A DNA stretch of 64,000 bases from Candidatus Latescibacterota bacterium (GCA_965208105.1 OZ242318.1:3904001-3968000), one strand, 5' to 3'. Positions 20,474 to 30,592 are shown, counted from the stretch's first letter. Numbers and translations: made by a program. Notes: generated by a model from the letters alone, not told the origin.

Positions 20474-20764
20474 GAAGTCCCATTAGATCGTCCCATATAC
20501 TCCCGGGTGATTCGAAGGAAGTGCTCCTTTCTTTAGATTGCCTGACGTTCATTTGGTGTTTTTTGACGTTGTCTTTCTCGGCCTTGACGTGTACCCGCTT
20601 GCCTGTGAGTTTCTCGTGTAGGACCTTAAAACCAGCTTGATTTCGCCTGATAATTTTTGTGTTTATCTTTCCTGAAAGACCTTCTACTGCTGGCGTCGAG
20701 CCCAAGGGCCGGTCCATTTTATTCCAGGTCTAAAATCCTGGGTTTCCATATGGAGACAAACTTG

Positions 20765-21016
20765 ATGAACGAATCAGCAATTCGCCTTCGTATCGAACCA
20801 CTGGATGAAGGTGGTTTTCTTGCCACCAGTCCCGATGTCCCGGGTCTGGTGGCGGAAGGACGCAGCGTCACGGAAGCCGCAGAGATTGCGCAAGGTCTAG
20901 TACGCAAGATTGCAGAATCGTGCCTTGAACACGGTGATCCGCTACCTAGTGCATTGGAGACACTCCCGGAGGACATCGCCTCAATTGATCTTCTGGTACC
21001 CGTTAGTATGCCGTAA
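20765..21016 (+). CDS. hicB: HicB-family antitoxin (short form)
   Basis: EGGFLATSPDVPGLVAEGRSVTEA; GGAG RBS; TAATG coupling to the toxin. Confidence 0.85.
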   Translation: MNESAIRLRIEPLDEGGFLATSPDVPGLVAEGRSVTEAAEIAQGLVRKIAESCLEHGDPLPSALETLPEDIASIDLLVPVSMP

Positions 21017-21243
21017 TGGGACGACTCTCGGGGTTCAAGTATCGGGATGTTGTTCAGCGCCTGCGGCATTTTGGCTATGCGTTTGACCGCCCAGGGCCGG
21101 GTAGTCACGAAGTTTGGCGTCACACACGGACAGGTCGAAAGGTAACCGTACCTCATCATGCCAGAGATATGGCTGAGGGAACGTTGCGCGCCATTCTACG
21201 GGAGGCCCGAATCGGCGTCGACGACTTCCTTAGGACTCGTTAG
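21016..21243 (+). CDS. hicA: HicA-family toxin
   Basis: GSHEVW...VTVPHH...GTLRAILREA. Confidence 0.9.
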   Translation: MGRLSGFKYRDVVQRLRHFGYAFDRPGPGSHEVWRHTRTGRKVTVPHHARDMAEGTLRAILREARIGVDDFLRTR

Positions 21244-21282
21244 GTAGTGATCATAGTCCCCCTGAACACAACCACCTGCTCT

Positions 21283-22068
21283 CTAACTCCCTTCCAGGGC
21301 CTCGTCGAATATGCGACTGAAGTGCTCGAACGCCACGGTGTTGTCGACGTTCTGGCATTCGAGGGCCATGGGGGAGGTCGTCTCGTCTGTGAAGTCCCAC
21401 ACGGGCGGCTGGTCGAAGGTCCAACGGCGGAGAGAGCGGTAGTGGGGCGAGAGCAGCGCGTCGGTCGTGTCGCTCCGCGAGCCGCTGGGGTAGGCGAAGT
21501 GGTCCGGCACGAATCCGAGATTGTCTTCGAGAACCGCGTTGGACGCCACGGCCTCGGCCATGAGCGCTTCTTCTCCCTGCTCTTCGTACAAACTTCCAAG
21601 CTTGGGGTGAGTGGCGGTGTGCGCGCCGATCTCCCAGCCGGCATCGAGCAGCTCGCGGCAGTTGTCCCAGGTCAGGAACGGCTTGACCAGGAAGCCCTGG
21701 GTCATGGTCGTGATCCCTGCGGGCATGCCCTTCGATGAGGCGTCGGTGGGCTCGCTGATGACGTAGCAGGTGCCCGTCACGCCCAGTTCATCGAGAATCG
21801 GCAAGACGACCGTATGCGTGTCCAGCCAGCCGTTGTCGAAGTGCAGCGCGACGGCCTTCTCCGGCACGTCTCCCTTACCCTCCAGCCAGTCTACGATCTC
21901 AGTGGTGGAGACAACCTGCCAGCCGTTATCGAGGACGAAGTCCATCTGGCGCCGGAACTCCGATACTCCGATGACACCCGAAGCCTTCTTGTCGGTCGTG
22001 ATTGCGAGCTCAGGGTCGTCGTCCGGGAAGACGTGATGGTAGACGAGAATGGGAACACGGCTGCTCAT
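21283..22068 (-). CDS. Polysaccharide deacetylase (CE4-like)
   Basis: PILVYHH, HFDNG (variant of TFDDG), AHTATHP, FAYPSG. Confidence 0.85.
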   Translation of the reverse strand: MSSRVPILVYHHVFPDDDPELAITTDKKASGVIGVSEFRRQMDFVLDNGWQVVSTTEIVDWLEGKGDVPEKAVALHFDNGWLDTHTVVLPILDELGVTGTCYVISEPTDASSKGMPAGITTMTQGFLVKPFLTWDNCRELLDAGWEIGAHTATHPKLGSLYEEQGEEALMAEAVASNAVLEDNLGFVPDHFAYPSGSRSDTTDALLSPHYRSLRRWTFDQPPVWDFTDETTSPMALECQNVDNTVAFEHFSRIFDEALEGS

Positions 22069-22225
22069 GAGGTTTTGAAACTCCGATTTCGAATATTGAT
22101 TGCGGGGAACAGTCTACCGCAATCGGGATGGAGAGGAGTTGCCAGGATTTCGGCGCGTTTCAGGCGTCAACCGGGTCATGAGGGCGTCCCTCCCCCGTAC
22201 GGCCGTCCCGCCGGATGCACCCTTC

Positions 22226-23071
22226 TCAGGCGGCGAAGTTCTTGTCGTCGAAATACACGTTGTGGTCGATCGGTGTTCCGCGGGCGACCCAGACATCGCG
22301 GAACAGGGTGCGGCGCTTCGGGGGCATCGCCGCCACGACTTCAGGCGGCACGCTGCTTCGGCCCCACCGGCAGTTCACCGTGTTGTAGAGGCTGAACAGG
22401 GAGAGGCGGTCCCGTTCCTTGTTGGTCCAGGTCGTCCCGGTATGGCACAGGCCCTCGGTGAAGAGGACGACTGATCCCGGGGGGCAGGTGTAGGTCTCCC
22501 ACAGAGGGCTGTCCCGGCCGCTGACCTCGTCCGGTCGCTCGAACGCGGTCTTGTGGCTTCCCGGGATGAACATGGTGACCCCGTCTCCAGGACCCACCTC
22601 GTTCAGCTCCCACACCACGCGCGTGAGGCCCGCGTGGATCTTCCCCGGCAACATCTGGTAGAGATGGGAATTTCCACAGAGGTTGAAGTATCCGCCTCCC
22701 CCATGGGCGGCGAATTTGTCGTGGCCGAAGGGCCTCCGCTCGGTTCGGGTGCGCTCGAAGCGAAAACCGTAGCAGTCCTCGCTGGCCAGCCCCTGATGCG
22801 ACACGATCTCGTTGAGAACGCCGGCGAGGACCGGGTGATCGAGCATGACCTGGGAGGGACCGCCCACGGAGTTCCGCTCTTCCGGCGGCAGGGATTCCGG
22901 TTCCTCCATCAGCTTGTGTTGATGCTCGAGAACCGCTCCCAACTCGTCATCGCTCAAAAGCCCCGGCAGGCAGATCCACCCCTTGAGATCGAAGATGTAC
23001 CTCTGCGCCTCTGACATGGGAACGATCGGCAGACCGTCTCCATTCGTGGTTGGCAAAAGCTGGCTGGCCAT
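22226..23071 (-). CDS. Phytanoyl-CoA dioxygenase (PhyH)-like protein
   Basis: QRYIFDLKGW, FIPGSHK, GSVVLFTEGLCHTG. Confidence 0.8.
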   Translation of the reverse strand: MASQLLPTTNGDGLPIVPMSEAQRYIFDLKGWICLPGLLSDDELGAVLEHQHKLMEEPESLPPEERNSVGGPSQVMLDHPVLAGVLNEIVSHQGLASEDCYGFRFERTRTERRPFGHDKFAAHGGGGYFNLCGNSHLYQMLPGKIHAGLTRVVWELNEVGPGDGVTMFIPGSHKTAFERPDEVSGRDSPLWETYTCPPGSVVLFTEGLCHTGTTWTNKERDRLSLFSLYNTVNCRWGRSSVPPEVVAAMPPKRRTLFRDVWVARGTPIDHNVYFDDKNFAA

Positions 23072-23238
23072 TTTCTTCCTTTCTCATTGAAGGCGGCGAT
23101 TCGGGCACCGGTTCGCCGCGATGTCGGTTGCTTCGAGCCGCAACCCCGAAGCCCGGGAGCTTCCCCGCGCGGGCGGCAGTTGTGAGCAAGGGCCGTGGAG
23201 ACCGGATGCCGCCGTCGTCCTGGGGGAGGGCATGCCGT

Positions 23239-24042
23239 TTACAATCCCTGGATCCAGGCCGCGTTCTCCGCCAGCTCCCGCAGGTCTTCGGGCCGGCTGA
23301 TCTCGTACATGAAAACCCCGTCATAGCCCACGTCGGAGAGCGCCCTGTTCACCTCATCCCAGGCGATGTTCCCGCGTCCCGGAAGCAGGTGCTCATCCTG
23401 CTCGCCGCGGTTGTCGTGCAGGTGCAAGGTGATCAGGTGCCGCCCGACGGTCCGCAGGGCCGCGGCGGGATCACCCCCGAGGTTGCGGTGGCCGGTGTCG
23501 ATCACGGCTCCAACGTTCGGCGCACCGAGATCTTCGAGCAGCGCGAGGAGGCGTTGCGGATCGCCGGTGTAGCCGCTGGGCCCGGTGTTTTCCAGGGCAA
23601 GCCGCACGCCGGCGGGGGCGGCGTAGCCGGCGACCTGCCAGAGGTTCTGCAGGAAGGCCGCGCGCTTCTCGAGCCCAAGCTCTTCCTCCGGCCCGGGAAT
23701 GGCGATGTCGTGGGTCACCAGGATGCAGCCTCCGAGGTCGGCGGCCAGGTCCACCGCCTGCCTGTGATCGTCCAGCGCCTTGCGGCGCCCGGCAGGATCG
23801 AGACTGGCCAGATCGCAGGCCGGATCCCGGTGCTTGAGGTGGATGTGAATGGAGTTGAGGTGGAACCCCATGTCGCCGAGCGCCTGTCGAAGGAAAGCTC
23901 GGAACCCGGAGTCGGCGAAATCGAAGTTGGGGTGGTAGTCGCACAGTTCCAGCGACTCGATGCCGGCTTCGCTGAATCTCGCCAGCACCTCCCTGGTGAG
24001 AGGCTCACCGCGGAACAGTATGGTCGAAGCGCCGAGTTTCAC
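23239..24042 (-). CDS. Sugar phosphate isomerase/epimerase (AP endonuclease 2 TIM barrel)
   Basis: LALEN, DTGH, HLHDN, HLLPGRG metal-binding motifs. Confidence 0.85.
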   Translation of the reverse strand: MKLGASTILFRGEPLTREVLARFSEAGIESLELCDYHPNFDFADSGFRAFLRQALGDMGFHLNSIHIHLKHRDPACDLASLDPAGRRKALDDHRQAVDLAADLGGCILVTHDIAIPGPEEELGLEKRAAFLQNLWQVAGYAAPAGVRLALENTGPSGYTGDPQRLLALLEDLGAPNVGAVIDTGHRNLGGDPAAALRTVGRHLITLHLHDNRGEQDEHLLPGRGNIAWDEVNRALSDVGYDGVFMYEISRPEDLRELAENAAWIQGL

Positions 24043-24314
24043 GGCCTTTCACCTTCTTCCAACATGGCAGCCCCGGCGATGAAGCGGAAGTGATGGGCTG
24101 CGCAGGCTAACCGTCAGTTGCGTCCCAGGATGGTGGAGTTGTCGATCTCGATGCTCTCAACGATCAAACCAGGCTGCAATACAAACCACGCAATTCATGT
24201 GGTCGATTCTCCTCTTATGTATAGGAAAAAAGCACCGATATCGGTAATATGCGATTCACTGAAACGAACGCAAGGGGAAAGCAGGTCCGCAGGCGCCTAC
24301 CCCAATCCGGCAAG

Positions 24315-24342
24315 TTGCCATATATGCATAACATGCATATAT
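24315..24342 (+). promoter_or_regulatory. TA-operon operator palindrome overlapping a promoter
   Basis: ATATATGCAT-AAC-ATGCATATAT perfect inverted repeat right after TTGCCA, upstream of the brnT remnant and brnA. Confidence 0.6.
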
Positions 24343-24349
24343 TCAGCCG

Positions 24350-24431
24350 ATGAACATCAAAGGGGACTCGGAAAAAGCCAGGAGTAACCTTGACCCGGAG
24401 AGAAAGGAAGAGTTATGAAACAGGAATATGA
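24350..24431 (+). pseudogene. BrnT toxin remnant (internal deletion)
   Basis: MNIKGDSEKARSNL (BrnT-like start) is joined out of frame to TRRERKSYETGI* (BrnT-like end), which overlaps the brnA start. Confidence 0.7.
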
Positions 24432-24666
24432 TTTCAGTCGTGGGAGACGAGGGGCGGTAGTCCCGCAAGGGGGAAAAACCCGAATCACCATGTATGTCGA
24501 TAACGACATCCTGGATGCCTTTCGTTCATTTTCAGATGAGGCGGGGACAGGTTATCAAACCATGATCAACCAGGCATTGAGAGATTACCTTGGAAAAAGG
24601 AAGTCTCCTGTGGATGAGGATACCCTGCGTCGAGTGTTGCGCGAGGAATTGCACGCAGAGAGTTGA
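24415..24666 (+). CDS. BrnA-family antitoxin
   Basis: MKQEYDFSRG...KTRITMYVDNDIL...GYQTMINQALR. Confidence 0.85.
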   Translation: MKQEYDFSRGRRGAVVPQGGKTRITMYVDNDILDAFRSFSDEAGTGYQTMINQALRDYLGKRKSPVDEDTLRRVLREELHAES

Positions 24667-24852
24667 TTTTTGAGTTGATAGAACTTTACCTTACGGCCAA
24701 AATTCGCGTAGCGGACCGGCTTTCCGGAATGTGACCGAATCGCGGAACCAGCCAAAATCCCTTTTATCCTACCATGCATTCAAGTCGACCGGATGGCGGC
24801 CGGTTGAGGAATTCAATTTCCACAAGCCGGGCAATCGCCGCACACTGTCCCT

Positions 24853-24952
24853 CTAGTGCGCTGTTAAGTATTCAGACTTGTAATTTTTCTTTCTTCGTGG
24901 TATCACTGGCCAAGGTCTAAAACTCAATGCCGACTCATTAACAGCGCACTAG
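24853..24952 (+). mobile_element. 100-bp MITE derived from the IS630 (family A)
   Basis: CTAGTGCGCTGTTAA...TTAACAGCGCACTAG; the interior matches the left and right terminal parts of the IS630 at 15378-16539. Confidence 0.9.
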
Positions 24953-24966
24953 CCGGAGTTGTTCCC

Positions 24967-25950
24967 ATGCCCAAACCGTTTGACTTGCTCGACCGCAATC
25001 GGGCGCCCCGCGGGGTGGCCACCTTGCTGAAGACCCCGTTCGAACCGGAGAACCGGTTGGATGAGGAGTCTTACCGGCGCCAGGTGCGGCACGTGATCGA
25101 CGCCGGTACTGTCCTGCTGATTCCCGGCATGATCGGCAGCGAGACCTATTGCCTGCCGCCCGAAGACCGCGAGCGCTGTATACAGATCTCCCTCGAAGAA
25201 TCCAACGGCCTGGTTCCGGTTTGCGCCGCGGTCTGCGGCGTCGGCGTCTACGACGTGGAACGGGCCGCCGCCAGGGCGCAGGAGATGGGCGCCGACATGA
25301 TTGCGGTGATACCCCCGCCCTGGATTGCCAGGGAAGACGATGCGGCCCGGTGCTTGGCGCAGGTGGCCGGCAGCGTGGAGCTTCCGGTCATGATCCACTC
25401 GTCGTTCTCCGGTTCGGGGCAGAAGGTATTCAGTGCCGGCACCGTCGATCGCTTGGTGCGCAGCATCGCCAACATCCACTACCTGAAGGTGGAGGGGGCT
25501 CGGGTCGTTCAACTGGCAAAAGAGTTCGGGGAGAAGAGCGGAGACCGAATCGTGCGCATGATGAGCGCGCCCAACTTCGGTGAGGTCTACCGCGCGGGGT
25601 GCGGGCTGTTCATGATGGCGGCCCATATCCTCGAGCCGGTGGTGGCCCTCTTCGACGCCCTCGAAGAGGGGGACGGCTCCGCCACGGAGCAGATCGAGGC
25701 GGACATTGCGCCCTATTACGCCGTCGAGGGGTATATCCGCGGCGAGATATGCAACAAGACGGTCATGCAATGGCGCGGCATCTTCACCGACGCCCGACGC
25801 GGCAGTCCCCAACTGTCCGACGATCCTCCAACCCTGCTTCCCGGCGAGGTGCCCATGCTGGCGAGGTCGCTGGAGCCCCTGGGGAAGTATTTCTCCTCCT
25901 ATCCCCTGGATCTGCCTCCGGCTCCCCCTGCGGAGCGCCCTTGGGCCTGA
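24967..25950 (+). CDS. Dihydrodipicolinate synthase (DapA)-like aldolase family protein
   Basis: KTPF...LDE, GxxSE, VELPVMIH, Schiff-base lysine in YLKVE. Confidence 0.8.
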   Translation: MPKPFDLLDRNRAPRGVATLLKTPFEPENRLDEESYRRQVRHVIDAGTVLLIPGMIGSETYCLPPEDRERCIQISLEESNGLVPVCAAVCGVGVYDVERAAARAQEMGADMIAVIPPPWIAREDDAARCLAQVAGSVELPVMIHSSFSGSGQKVFSAGTVDRLVRSIANIHYLKVEGARVVQLAKEFGEKSGDRIVRMMSAPNFGEVYRAGCGLFMMAAHILEPVVALFDALEEGDGSATEQIEADIAPYYAVEGYIRGEICNKTVMQWRGIFTDARRGSPQLSDDPPTLLPGEVPMLARSLEPLGKYFSSYPLDLPPAPPAERPWA

Positions 25951-26103
25951 CCGCAAGGCAGGAATCGGGCTTGCCCGGAGAGTTCAGAAGGCCTCCGACC
26001 TTGTTGGCCGACAAGCTTCTGCAGCGGGTGCTGTTTCCTCGATTACCTGGTTGCGTTTCACCACGGCTTTGACAAATTTACGATCTAATCGTAAATTTGC
26101 CGC

Positions 26104-27294
26104 ATGATCAAGCGAACCCTGACCCCCTACCTGCAGCGGGATGCCGGTTTTTACCCGGTCCTCACCCTGACCGGTCCCCGCCAGTCCGGCAAGACGACGC
26201 TGGTCCGGTCTGCCTTTCCGGATCACGACTACGTCTCCCTGGAAGACCCCGACGCCCGCGCCTTCGCCACGGAAGATCCCAGGGGCTTCCTGGACCGCTT
26301 CGCGGGACCCGTCATCCTGGACGAAGCGCAGCGTGCTCCGGATCTGTTCTCCTACATCCAGGGGCTGGTTGACCAGGACGACAAGGCCGGGCGCTTTGTC
26401 CTCACGGGGTCGCAGAATTTTCTGCTGATGTCCGCCCTGTCGCAGAGTCTGGCCGGACGGTCCGCGGTGTTGCACCTGCTGCCGTTCTCTCGCGCTGAGC
26501 TCGAAGGACAATCCCCGGCCGCGCCGGACGATCCCCGGGGGTTGTTCGCCAACAGCGAGTCCAGTCTGGACCTGTGGCCGGCCATTCATACCGGGTTCTA
26601 CCCTCGGATTCACGCTCGAGGCATCCCGGCCGGGGTGTGGATGCCGGACTACGTACAGACCTACGTCGAACGCGACCTGCGCTTCCTTGTCAACATCGGC
26701 GACCTGAGCACCTTCGAGCAGTTTCTCCGTTTGTGTGCCGGCCGCGTGGGCCAGCTGCTCAACTACTCCTCCCTGGCGAACGACTGCGGTGTATCCGTGG
26801 ACACGACGCGCAGGTGGCTCTCCGTTCTGGAGACGAGCTTCCTCGTTTTCCGTCTGCCGCCCCATTACCGAAACTTCAACAAGCGTCTGGTGAAGAGTCC
26901 AAAGATCTATTTCCACGACACCGGGCTGGCCTGCTACCTGCTGGGAATCCGGGAAGCTGACATGCTGCCGACCCATCCTCTGCGGGGTGCGCTGTTCGAG
27001 AACTACGTGGTGGCAGAAGTAGCCAAGGCCTTCGCTCACCATCGGCGGCAGCGGCAGATGCACTTCTGGCGCGACCGTTCGGGCTACGAGATCAACCTCC
27101 TCCTGTCGAGGGAAGAGGACCTGTATGCGGTGGAAATCAAGTCGGGCCAGACGGTGGCGGGAGACGGTTTCGACTCGCTGACCAGGTGGAGTGACCTGGC
27201 CTCTCAGCCGTTGGACCGGGGGACGCTTGTGTACGGCGGCGACCAGGCCTATCAACGCAACGGGATTTCCGTGCGGCCGTGGTTCGGGGTGTAG
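26104..27294 (+). CDS. AAA_14 ATPase with DUF4143
   Basis: GPRQSGKTT, LDEAQ, LTGS, KSPKIYFHDTGL, AVEIKS; TTGACA upstream. Confidence 0.9.
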   Translation: MIKRTLTPYLQRDAGFYPVLTLTGPRQSGKTTLVRSAFPDHDYVSLEDPDARAFATEDPRGFLDRFAGPVILDEAQRAPDLFSYIQGLVDQDDKAGRFVLTGSQNFLLMSALSQSLAGRSAVLHLLPFSRAELEGQSPAAPDDPRGLFANSESSLDLWPAIHTGFYPRIHARGIPAGVWMPDYVQTYVERDLRFLVNIGDLSTFEQFLRLCAGRVGQLLNYSSLANDCGVSVDTTRRWLSVLETSFLVFRLPPHYRNFNKRLVKSPKIYFHDTGLACYLLGIREADMLPTHPLRGALFENYVVAEVAKAFAHHRRQRQMHFWRDRSGYEINLLLSREEDLYAVEIKSGQTVAGDGFDSLTRWSDLASQPLDRGTLVYGGDQAYQRNGISVRPWFGV

Positions 27295-27337
27295 GGCCCA
27301 GCCGCAGGTGGACCGCAGGAGCTCCCGCGCCTTCGGT

Positions 27338-27508
27338 CCTCGACCGAGGCCGCTCCGCGACGCACCCAGGACAGGCGGTAGCCAGCCAGCGCATATCAGC
27401 CGGATCAACCGCCGCTACAGCGTCCCTTCTGTTCCCGAACAAACCCATGCAAAGATAACACCCGAAATTACCACCCTGAGTGGATTGACAACCGTTAATA
27501 CATGTCAG
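27338..27508 (+). mobile_element. Orphan right end / non-coding RNA region of the IS110 element
   Basis: Reverse-complement match to about 60968-61145, ending TTGACAACCGTTAATACATGTCAG; no transposase nearby. Confidence 0.85.
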
Positions 27509-27580
27509 TGCCTGCTTGCGCAATTCCGGGTGAACTCTGCAGCCGCAGCATCCGTTTCGGGGCGTTGCCCTCGCTTGGCC
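27507..27580 (+). mobile_element. Partial MITE family B copy
   Basis: AGTGCCTGCTTGCGCAATTCCGGGTGAA...GGCGTTGCCCTC matches the left part of 41697-41863. Confidence 0.75.
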
Positions 27581-27640
27581 ACCTTGTGAGCCGTGGCCCT
27601 CGGCGCCCCGATATCGTCAACCTGTCTCTGCGACGCGACC

Positions 27641-28930
27641 CTAGCGCCGCATGGTGATGTACACGTCGGTCCTGGCGGGTTTGCCGGCCATCGCCGATTT
27701 CGCCCGCGCCATGATGAAGTTCCAGGGTCGGTCCACCACCAGGTGGGTGCTCTGCCCGGGACCCAGCCATTCCTCCGGCTCGTGGATGATATGCCAGCCG
27801 CGGGCGTCGGCGGAGCCGAGCAGCTGCCACTGCATGGCCCCGGATCCCTCCGCATTGCTGACCTGGAGGTTTTTTTCGCGGTAGCCCCTCGCCTCCATTA
27901 TGCCGCTGTCGGCGACCTGGTCGGTGGTGGCGTAGCCCTTGAACAGGTAGGCGTCCTTCTCCGTCCGCGGGGGAATGCAGAAAGGATTCACCTCGTAGAT
28001 CATGTTGCGGCCCCAGTCGGTCACCAGCAGCGTTCCCCTGCGGGACAGGTGAACGTAGGTCGGGGACACCATATGCGGGGTGGCCGTAAGGAGCCGCCCG
28101 GGGCTGGCGCCGCCCAGCTCCCAAACCAGCTCCTTGTCCTCGTTGACGCAGAGGATGCGGGCGCGCTCGTCGGCGATGATGGTAAGGCCGGCCCCGTGCT
28201 CGTTGATGCCGTAGCGCAGGGCGCGCACCGGACAGCTCAGGCGGTCGTAGAGGTCGCCCGAACCCTGCTGGTGGCGCTCGCCGTAGAGCCAGACTGTTTC
28301 GCTCTTCCGGGTATCGACCTCGCGCACCACGGGATCGGGCCCGTAGTAACCGACCAGGAGGTCGCCTCCATATGAATCGCAGAACTGGGGATTGAGCTTG
28401 TGCAGATAGAAGGGATTGCGGTGAGGCTGGGGATCGAAGCGCCACAACCGGGCACCGTCGCTCATTCGGATTTTGAAAACGCCGTGGTCCCGGTCCGAGG
28501 CCATGATGTGGTCGTCGTCCCAGTAGATGGCCTCGAGCGGCGCCTCCAGCCCGGTGTGGCACCAGAGGATCTCTCCCGAGTCCCGGTGCAGGATCATGAC
28601 CCGGTGTTCTCCCTGGTACTCGGTGATCAGCAGGTGTTCCTGGTAGGGGCCGGAGGGCATGAAATGGACTGAATGCGCCGCGCTGAGGCGCTGCCCTGAG
28701 CCGGCCACCCCTCTCTCGCCGAAGAGAACCCTCATCTCCCGGCTGGAGCGGCTGATGATCAGGATGTCGTTGCCGTACTGCTCGGCGACCGCGATCTCGT
28801 CGGGATTGAAGGGGTTCTCCTCGGCGGCGTGAGGCCCCGACAGCTCTCCATCTCCGACACCGGGATTGCCGGTCCCGTAGGACCACACCGGGTATTGGCC
28901 GGTTGGCGATGTTTTCAAATCATCGTGCAT
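27641..28930 (-). CDS. Beta-propeller repeat protein (PQQ/arylsulfotransferase-like), function unknown
   Basis: Repeated 'LIT(E/D)...RV...GE(I/L)xW' blades. Confidence 0.6.
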   Translation of the reverse strand: MHDDLKTSPTGQYPVWSYGTGNPGVGDGELSGPHAAEENPFNPDEIAVAEQYGNDILIISRSSREMRVLFGERGVAGSGQRLSAAHSVHFMPSGPYQEHLLITEYQGEHRVMILHRDSGEILWCHTGLEAPLEAIYWDDDHIMASDRDHGVFKIRMSDGARLWRFDPQPHRNPFYLHKLNPQFCDSYGGDLLVGYYGPDPVVREVDTRKSETVWLYGERHQQGSGDLYDRLSCPVRALRYGINEHGAGLTIIADERARILCVNEDKELVWELGGASPGRLLTATPHMVSPTYVHLSRRGTLLVTDWGRNMIYEVNPFCIPPRTEKDAYLFKGYATTDQVADSGIMEARGYREKNLQVSNAEGSGAMQWQLLGSADARGWHIIHEPEEWLGPGQSTHLVVDRPWNFIMARAKSAMAGKPARTDVYITMRR

Positions 28931-29191
28931 GGCGGCTCCTGAATCCTGGCTGAAGGCGGACCCGCGCCGGTCCGCTGCTGCAAAAGTCAAGGATTATCGA
29001 ATTTTTCCAGGGAGCGGTCAAGATAGGGAACGGTCAAGGGAATCGAAAACCAGGGCGGAATGGTGGTCAGCCGCGGTTCCCCTTTTCAGGGCCCGGAGCT
29101 TGTCTGCCGCCACGGGGTGGGATATCTTTGCAGCCGAATCCCGGCCGCTTCTGCCGCGCCGGCCATGAAAAGACCAATCCTGGAGGAGAAA

Positions 29192-30592
29192 ATGGCCCTG
29201 GAGCTTATCGATCCCAAGAAGTACCGGCAGTTGTTTCTCGACGACTTCGCCGTGGAAAAAATGACCGGTGTCTACCGCACGTTGCACCAGCCCGAGAAGG
29301 TGGGTCCCGCGGTGAGGCCGGACCGCAGCCGCGGTGAAACCGCCCTGCAGAGCCGCATCTCTCCCCAGTGGAACAGTGAGAAGGAGCGCTGGGAGTGGTG
29401 GTTCGGCAGTGACTTCGCCACCTCCGCAGACGGCGAACACTGGGAGCGTTTTCCGCAGAAGGTCGTCCCCTCGCACGCGGTCCGCGACGAGCGCGACCCG
29501 GATCCCCGGCGGCGCTACAAAGGCCTGCTGGGCAGCCGCCACGGCAACGATCAATGCCCCGCCTTTTCGGCTGACGGCATCGAGTGGGAGCGCCTCGACG
29601 TGCCTCCCATACCCAGCCAGGACGAGCACCAGTTCACCTACGACCCCTATGGCGACCGCTACATCGCCATGGTCAAGCACGGCACCGAGTGGGGGCGCTC
29701 GGTGTTTCTCGCCTCCAGCGAGGACGGCGTACACTACACCGAGCCCGAGTTGATCTTCCACACCGACGAGATCGACCGCGAGAACCGCAGGAAACGGGTG
29801 CGCGAGGTCCTCGAGAATCCGGTCTACATAAAACCTGCCTTCATCGACGACGTCGACTATATCGCCGAGGCGTATCACATGGCGGTGATGCCCTACCAGG
29901 GGTTCTACATCGGCTTTCCGCTGATCTTCAACCCCATCGGCGCGGTGCCGCCGCCGCATACCAACTTCACCCGCATCAACCAGATCGAACTGGCGGTCTC
30001 GCGCGACCTCCACAACTGGGAGCGGGTCGCCGACCGCGCCCTGTTCATCGGCATCGAGCCGTGGGACGGGAAACGCTACGACACCAACCAGGTGGGCATG
30101 TCGGGGCAGCCGGTGGTGCGCGAGGACGGGGAGATCTGGATCTACTACATCGGCTCCCGCATTCCTTCCAGAAAGGAGCAGTACGAGCGCTATAATCACA
30201 ACGAGGAGCTGTTCCGCCTCGGGGTCGACCCGGACCTCTTCGACGACAGCACCACCATCTGTCTGGCGAAACTGCGCCCCGACGGCTTTGTCTCGCTGGA
30301 CGCCGATGCCGCCGGCACCATTACCTCCAAGCCCTTCATCTGGAGGGGCGAGGACCTGTACGTGAACGTGGATGCGCGCTGGGGCGAGTTCTACGCCGAG
30401 ATCGTGGACGCCGAGAGCAACAAGGTCTTTCCCGGTTTCTGGGTGCCCGCCGAGCTTCCCGCTCCACTGAAGGGGAATCATCTGCGGGCCAAGGTCGAGT
30501 GGAAGCCGGACCACGATCTGGTTTTCGAAAAGCCGGTGCGGGTGCGCTTCTACCTGCACCAGGCGCGGCTCTTCTCCTTCTGGCTGGAATGA
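29192..30592 (+). CDS. Glycosidase-like five-bladed beta-propeller protein (paralogue 1)
   Basis: RQLFLDD, DPDPRRRYK, SxDGxxW boxes, LRPDGFVSL, ARLFSFW; GGAGGAG RBS. Confidence 0.65.
   Translation: MALELIDPKKYRQLFLDDFAVEKMTGVYRTLHQPEKVGPAVRPDRSRGETALQSRISPQWNSEKERWEWWFGSDFATSADGEHWERFPQKVVPSHAVRDERDPDPRRRYKGLLGSRHGNDQCPAFSADGIEWERLDVPPIPSQDEHQFTYDPYGDRYIAMVKHGTEWGRSVFLASSEDGVHYTEPELIFHTDEIDRENRRKRVREVLENPVYIKPAFIDDVDYIAEAYHMAVMPYQGFYIGFPLIFNPIGAVPPPHTNFTRINQIELAVSRDLHNWERVADRALFIGIEPWDGKRYDTNQVGMSGQPVVREDGEIWIYYIGSRIPSRKEQYERYNHNEELFRLGVDPDLFDDSTTICLAKLRPDGFVSLDADAAGTITSKPFIWRGEDLYVNVDARWGEFYAEIVDAESNKVFPGFWVPAELPAPLKGNHLRAKVEWKPDHDLVFEKPVRVRFYLHQARLFSFWLE

Noticed and set aside
20454-20717. 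87-aa Lys-rich minus-strand ORF
   Set aside because: No family recognised; may be a gene remnant.
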